Below are positions 20,942-25,550 of a DNA stretch of 25,550 nt, one piece after another (within the stretch, counting starts at the first letter, position 1; every line of letters begins with the position of its first letter). This DNA is from Gammaproteobacteria bacterium (GTDB taxonomy: Bacteria; Pseudomonadota; Gammaproteobacteria; Acidiferrobacterales; UBA6901): assembly GCA_043740595.1 (NCBI GenBank), contig JAYUBZ010000134.1, forward strand, positions 1-25,550. Direction: 5' to 3'. The notes below the pieces were generated by a model. It saw only the letters and a list, made by a program, of their open reading frames with translations. It searched no databases and was not told where the DNA came from. Position numbers and translations under genes: made by a program.

Positions 20942-21108
20942 ATGCCCGAGGCAGCGTACTTTAACTTTTGTTGTATTGCACATTCCTAGAGGATGAAGGG
21001 CGGGAATTTACCGGCAAAAGGGGGCAAGGTGGTTGTTCTGTAGGGGTGCTGCAACGGGTACACTGGGTCTCCCGACAGTGCAGGTTTGAACGGCGTTAAA
21101 CCACATCC

Positions 21109-21747
21109 ATGTTGAATACGTTATTGCAGGAGGGTCTGACGGCCATGGGGTGCCCGCTGGCGGCGGAAACCCAGCTCAGCCTGCTCGCTTATGTACGGCT
21201 GCTGGAGAAGTGGAATCGGACCTATAACCTGACGGCGGTGCGCGTGCCGGAACAAATGATCCCACGCCACCTGCTGGACAGCCTGGCGATAGCGCCCTAT
21301 TTGAAAGGCCGTCGGGTTTTGGATATCGGTACCGGTGCCGGTTTGCCAGGCATACCCCTGGCCTTGGCGCGACCCGACATGGATTTTACCCTGCTGGACA
21401 GCAATGCGAAGAAAACCCGCTTTGTAACCCAGGCCTGCGCCGAACTGGGGGTTAAAAATGTCGCCGTCGTGAACGATCGCGTGGAAAAATATCATCCGCC
21501 GGCGCCCTTCGACACCATCGTGTCTCGCGCATTCAGCACCATTACTGATATGCTCGCGGCAAGCCGGCATGTGTGTGGCGCTGCCGGACAGTTTTTGGCG
21601 ATGAAGGGGGTCTACCCACAGGAAGAACTGGCGGGGATGCCACCGGGTTACAAGGTAACCGATGTGCCGGCCCTCGTGGTCCCGGGACTTTCGGCGGCGC
21701 GCCATGTGGTCATCATTGTCCCCGTCGACCCGAACGAGCCAACTTAA
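21109..21747 (+). CDS. rsmG: 16S rRNA m7G527 methyltransferase RsmG (GidB)
   Basis: KWNRTYNLTA, RHLLDSL, LDIGTGAGLPGIPLA, LLDSNAKK, SRAF, AMKG. Confidence 0.97.
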   Translation: MLNTLLQEGLTAMGCPLAAETQLSLLAYVRLLEKWNRTYNLTAVRVPEQMIPRHLLDSLAIAPYLKGRRVLDIGTGAGLPGIPLALARPDMDFTLLDSNAKKTRFVTQACAELGVKNVAVVNDRVEKYHPPAPFDTIVSRAFSTITDMLAASRHVCGAAGQFLAMKGVYPQEELAGMPPGYKVTDVPALVVPGLSAARHVVIIVPVDPNEPT

Positions 21748-21765
21748 CGCGTGCAGCGAGATTTC

Positions 21766-22539
21766 ATGATGAAAGTGCTGGCGGTAACCAATCAGAAGGG
21801 CGGCGTGGGCAAGACCACCACCAGCATCAATCTGGCCGCGTCCCTGGTCAAGACGCGCCGGCGCGTCCTGCTCATCGACCTGGATCCCCAAGGCAATGCC
21901 ACCATGGGCAGCGGCGTCAATAAAGAACAGGCCCATCCCACCACCTACGAAGTCCTGATCGGCGAGGCCACCATCGAGGCAGCCATGGTGGTGTGCGAAA
22001 GTGGCTATAGCCTGGTACCCGCCAATGGCAACCTATCCGGCGCAGAGGTGGAGCTGATCGGCATGGAGCGGCGCGAGCGGCGCTTGAGTGCCGCACTTCA
22101 GGGGGTCTTGGACAAATTCGACTATATATTGATCGACTGTCCGCCGTCCCTGAACCTGTTGACGGTGAATGCCCTGGTCGCGGCGCAGTCGGTGCTGATC
22201 CCCATGCAGTGCGAGTATTACGCGCTCGAAGGCCTCACCGCCCTGGTGGGCACTATCCGCAAGATCCGTGAGACGCTGAACCCGCGTCTCGAGATCGAGG
22301 GCCTGTTGCGCACCATGTTCGATCCGCGCAATACCCTGGCCAACGAAGTCTCGGCCCAGCTGGGTGAACATTTCGGCGATAAGCTCTACCGCACGATCAT
22401 TCCACGCAATGTGCGTCTGGCTGAAGCGCCGAGCTACGGCAAGCCGGTGATCAGTTACGATATGCAATCCCGCGGCGCACAGGCCTATCTCGCGCTGGCC
22501 GGGGAAATATTGCGGCGCGAACAAGGTGCTCCCGCATGA
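21766..22539 (+). CDS. parA: Chromosome partitioning ATPase ParA (Soj)
   Basis: Deviant Walker A NQKGGVGKTTT, DLDPQGNAT, IDCPPSL, QCEYYALEGL, IPRNVRLAEAPS. Probable start ATG 21766 or 21769. Confidence 0.97.
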   Translation: MMKVLAVTNQKGGVGKTTTSINLAASLVKTRRRVLLIDLDPQGNATMGSGVNKEQAHPTTYEVLIGEATIEAAMVVCESGYSLVPANGNLSGAEVELIGMERRERRLSAALQGVLDKFDYILIDCPPSLNLLTVNALVAAQSVLIPMQCEYYALEGLTALVGTIRKIRETLNPRLEIEGLLRTMFDPRNTLANEVSAQLGEHFGDKLYRTIIPRNVRLAEAPSYGKPVISYDMQSRGAQAYLALAGEILRREQGAPA

Positions 22540-22600
22540 ACTGTTTTTCACATATCCGTGCCGCTGCGACCGCAGTGCGACTGGCGGGTGAGGGTTGAAC

Positions 22601-23458
22601 ATGAGCACGAAGAAACCCCGTCTCGGCCGCGGGCTGGATGCCTTACTGGGCGGTTCCCTGGACACCACGGCCAACGCGAGGGACGAACTGCGCCACCTGC
22701 CGGTGGATCTGCTGCGGCGTGGCAAGTATCAGCCGCGCACCCACATGAGCCCCGAGGCCCTGGAGGACCTGGCCAACTCCATCAAGGCCCAAGGTGTGGT
22801 GCAACCCATCGTGGTACGCCCCTTGTCCGGTGGCCAGTATGAAATCATTGCCGGCGAGCGCCGCTGGCGCGCCAGCCAGATGGCGGGTCTCGACACCATA
22901 CCCGCCGTAGTGCGCGATATTTCGGATGAGGCGGCCATCGCCATTGCCCTCATCGAGAACATCCAGCGGGAAGACCTCAACCCGGTGGAAGAGGCCTTGG
23001 CGCTGCAACGCCTCATCGACGAGTTCGGCATGACCCACCAGCAGACCGCCGAGAGCGTCGGCCGCTCGCGCGCCGCCGTCACCAACCTGTTGCGTCTGCT
23101 CGCGCTGAACGACGATGTGCGCCAGATGTTGGAGGAAGGCAAGATGGACATGGGTCATGCGCGCGCCCTGCTAGCCCTCACCGGTCATGCCCAAAGTCAG
23201 GCGGCGCGGCAGGTGGTCGACAAGGGTCTGTCGGTGCGCGAGACCGAGAACCTGGTGCGGCATCTGATGGAACGTCCGGTAGCCCCCAAGGCCAAGTCCA
23301 GCAGTCTGGACCCGGACATCCGCGTGCTGCAGGATAGCCTGTCGGACAAGATCGGCGCCAAGGTGCACATCCAGCACACGTCCAAAGGCAAAGGCCGGTT
23401 GATCATCGACTACAATAGTATCGACGAGCTTGAGGGTGTGCTGGCGCGTATTCGTTGA
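22601..23458 (+). CDS. parB: Chromosome partitioning protein ParB (Spo0J)
   Basis: RLGRGLDALL, YQPR, IIAGERRWRA (CTP-binding), ALIENIQREDLNP, HTH GRSRAAVTNLLRLL. Confidence 0.97.
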   Translation: MSTKKPRLGRGLDALLGGSLDTTANARDELRHLPVDLLRRGKYQPRTHMSPEALEDLANSIKAQGVVQPIVVRPLSGGQYEIIAGERRWRASQMAGLDTIPAVVRDISDEAAIAIALIENIQREDLNPVEEALALQRLIDEFGMTHQQTAESVGRSRAAVTNLLRLLALNDDVRQMLEEGKMDMGHARALLALTGHAQSQAARQVVDKGLSVRETENLVRHLMERPVAPKAKSSSLDPDIRVLQDSLSDKIGAKVHIQHTSKGKGRLIIDYNSIDELEGVLARIR

Positions 23459-23542
23459 CGGTAGGCATGTTTGCGACGCCGATTATTTAGATAAGCCTCT
23501 ACTGCGGTGCGTTCCGCTGCAGGAAATCAGGAGAATAATATA

Positions 23543-24085
23543 ATGATGCGAGTAACACGTTTGGTAGCCGTGCTGGCCTTGGGCCTCCTGGTACCCCTGA
23601 CGAGCTACGCGGGTGTGGACGAGATACGCCACGATGCGATGCAGGGCGACACGGCCGCCCAGTATGAAATGGGCATCCTCTACGAATTCGGTTTCCACCT
23701 GGCGGATCACGAGACCGAGGCGCTCGCCTGGTATGGCGTGGCCGCGGGGCGCGGCAGTGAGCCCGCCGCCGCCCGCCGCGATTTGTTGAGCGCACGACTT
23801 TCCGCGGCGCAACGCGCCAAGGCCGATGAACGCCGCCACGAGCTAATGACGGGCATGCCCGCCACTACGCCGCACGCCGCGATGCCGGTAGAACCCGTAA
23901 CGCCCCCGCCGATGGCCGCCCCCGCCCCTGCGCCCACGTCGACTCCGAACGTAGCGATGCCGCCGGAGCCCACACCTCTATCACCATCCCCGGAACCGGT
24001 CCCGACACCCAGCGCCGAAATGCCCGCGCCGTCCATGCCGGCCCCTACCGCGGAGCCGTCGCCGGAACCCGTCCCCACGCCGTAG
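23543..24085 (+). CDS. Secreted Sel1-like-repeat protein with Pro-rich C-terminal tail, ~180 aa
   Basis: Signal peptide MMRVTRLVAVLALGLLVPLTSYA and SD CAGGAG. Sel1-like AAQYEMGILYEFG...EALAWYGVAAGRG. Tail contains SPEPVPTP twice. Confidence 0.75.
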   Translation: MMRVTRLVAVLALGLLVPLTSYAGVDEIRHDAMQGDTAAQYEMGILYEFGFHLADHETEALAWYGVAAGRGSEPAAARRDLLSARLSAAQRAKADERRHELMTGMPATTPHAAMPVEPVTPPPMAAPAPAPTSTPNVAMPPEPTPLSPSPEPVPTPSAEMPAPSMPAPTAEPSPEPVPTP

Positions 24086-24163
24086 CACACGGGGTGTGGT
24101 GACGCGCGTGATCACGCAAGATCGGCGGCGCTTCCGCGTTCAGTATCGGTAGAGAGGCGGCGC

Positions 24164-25550
24164 ATGAGCGAGACCTACTCAAAGGATCCACAGGTCGAAC
24201 GTTCCCTACAGTACTCCCTGCGTGATGGAGTCGCTTATGCCGTGATGACGGGCGCCGGCGAAATCTATTTTTCCGCGTATGCGATTTTTCTCAGGGCCAG
24301 CACTGCACAGATTTCTTTCCTCGCGGCGGTACCGTCGTTGCTGGGATCCTTCGCGCAACTTTTTTCCGCCTGGCTTGCGCGTCGCAGCGGCCGGCGCAAG
24401 GACCTCATCCTGGCCGGTGTCCTGGGCCAGGCGCTTACCTGGTTGTCCATCATCTGGCTGCCGTTTTTTTTCCCTGCCCAGGGCGCCACGCTGCTGATCG
24501 TCGCGGTTGTGTTGTATTACGCCGCCGCCAACCTGGCAGCACCGTTGTGGAACAGCCTCATGGGCGACTTGGTGCCGGAACATAAACGCGGACGTTTTTT
24601 TGCCCAGCGCACCCGCAGGATGAGCCTGACCGCATTCCTGTCCCTGGTGATCGCCGGTAGCGTTTTGCATTTCGCCGACCTGCATCAGGTGACGCGTTTT
24701 GGGTTTCTGCTGATCTTCAATGTCGCCATCGTGGCGCGGTTTTATTCGCTCTATCAACTGAATCGCATGGTTGAACCGGAGACCGTCAGCGATGCCATGC
24801 AGCCGCTGTTTACCCGCGATGTCCTGCAGCGCATGCGCCACTCGCAGTTTGCGCGCTTTTCTGTCTTCTTCGGGATGATGAGTTTTTCCGTGGCGCTGGC
24901 ATCACCGTTTTTTACCGTTTACATGCTGCGCGACCTGCACTTTTCTTATTTGGAGTTCACCGCCGCTACCGCCGTGTCGGTGCTTGCCCAGTTCATGACA
25001 CTCACCATGTGGGGACGTCTCAGCGATGTGTTCGGCAATCGTTTAATCATGGCGGTGACTGGATTTTTCATCCCAGTGCTGCCCTTGTTGTGGTTGGTGT
25101 CGATGAATTTCTGGTACATCATCATTATCCAGGTACTCGGCGGTTTGAGTTGGGCTGGCTTCTCCCTGAGTGCCAGCAACTATGTCTACGACACCGTCGC
25201 GCCGGCGAAACGTGCGCACTATGGCGCCATGCACAGTGTCTTGAGCAGTGCCGGTGTATTCGCCGGTGCCTTGCTGGGCGGCTACTTCGGATCGTTGTTG
25301 CCGGCGCACGTGCAGGTGTTCGGCATGGTCGTGGATTGGCCGAGCAGCTTGTGTTGGTTGTTTCTGATCTCCGGATTGGCGCGCGCGGCCATGGCGCTGC
25401 TGTTTCTTCCGCGCTTACGTGAGGTGCGTGAGGTGCGGTCGTTACCCTTTCCCAGCCTTATCTACCGCGTGACCCAGTTTCATGCCTTGTCGGGTCTCGT
25501 TTTCAGCCTATTCCCCTTTGGCCAGGGACGGCGTCGCAAGCCACGCCCGG
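24164..25550 (+). CDS. MFS transporter, 3' end runs off the window; missing from the ORF track
   Basis: Hand translation is open from ATG 24164 to the end (462 codons), with about 12 hydrophobic segments and motif-A-like WGRLSDVFGNR. Confidence 0.88.
   Translation, partial: MSETYSKDPQVERSLQYSLRDGVAYAVMTGAGEIYFSAYAIFLRASTAQISFLAAVPSLLGSFAQLFSAWLARRSGRRKDLILAGVLGQALTWLSIIWLPFFFPAQGATLLIVAVVLYYAAANLAAPLWNSLMGDLVPEHKRGRFFAQRTRRMSLTAFLSLVIAGSVLHFADLHQVTRFGFLLIFNVAIVARFYSLYQLNRMVEPETVSDAMQPLFTRDVLQRMRHSQFARFSVFFGMMSFSVALASPFFTVYMLRDLHFSYLEFTAATAVSVLAQFMTLTMWGRLSDVFGNRLIMAVTGFFIPVLPLLWLVSMNFWYIIIIQVLGGLSWAGFSLSASNYVYDTVAPAKRAHYGAMHSVLSSAGVFAGALLGGYFGSLLPAHVQVFGMVVDWPSSLCWLFLISGLARAAMALLFLPRLREVREVRSLPFPSLIYRVTQFHALSGLVFSLFPFGQGRRRKPRP

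Noticed and set aside
22544-22552. TTTTTCACA (fits DnaA-box consensus TTWTNCACA) between parA and parB
   Set aside because: Isolated; one or two such matches are expected by chance in this window.
23940-24085. Short direct repeats as a possible CRISPR or VNTR
   Set aside because: They are in-frame Pro-rich coding repeats (SPEPVPTP twice) without regular repeat-spacer structure, and there are no cas genes.

Overview
GC-rich gammaproteobacterial chromosome segment spanning the replication-origin region; the taxon is inferred from the protein sequences. The core is the conserved block gyrB-recF-dnaN-dnaA (-) / rpmH-rnpA-yidD-yidC-mnmE-mnmG, rsmG-parA-parB (+). A probable oriC (DnaA boxes, AT-rich unwinding element) lies between dnaN and dnaA, and two parS centromere sites are written into the recF coding sequence. 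Left of the core are prfC and an MBL-hydrolase-pip-apaH-apaG cluster. Right of it are a DUF2914 secreted protein splitting mnmG from rsmG, a Sel1/Pro-rich secreted protein and a partial MFS transporter. The most interesting part is a ~2.3 kb lower-GC patch (688-3009) between a partial SNF2 helicase and prfC. It holds an intact, translationally coupled ABC-ATPase + TOPRIM-like (DUF4276-type) pair with PARIS/split-OLD-like architecture. The pair is preceded by an orphan AbrB/MazE antitoxin gene with its own promoter. It is flanked by two short scars absent from the ORF track: one resembles the C-terminus of a type III-like DNA methyltransferase, the other the C-terminus of a DUF5131 protein. I read this as the surviving core of a decayed restriction-linked defence island, which is a hypothesis to test. 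rpmH and the MFS gene are missing from the ORF track and were read by hand. No rRNA, tRNA, CRISPR array, integrase or transposase was seen. Family assignments come from motif recognition and recall, not database searches.
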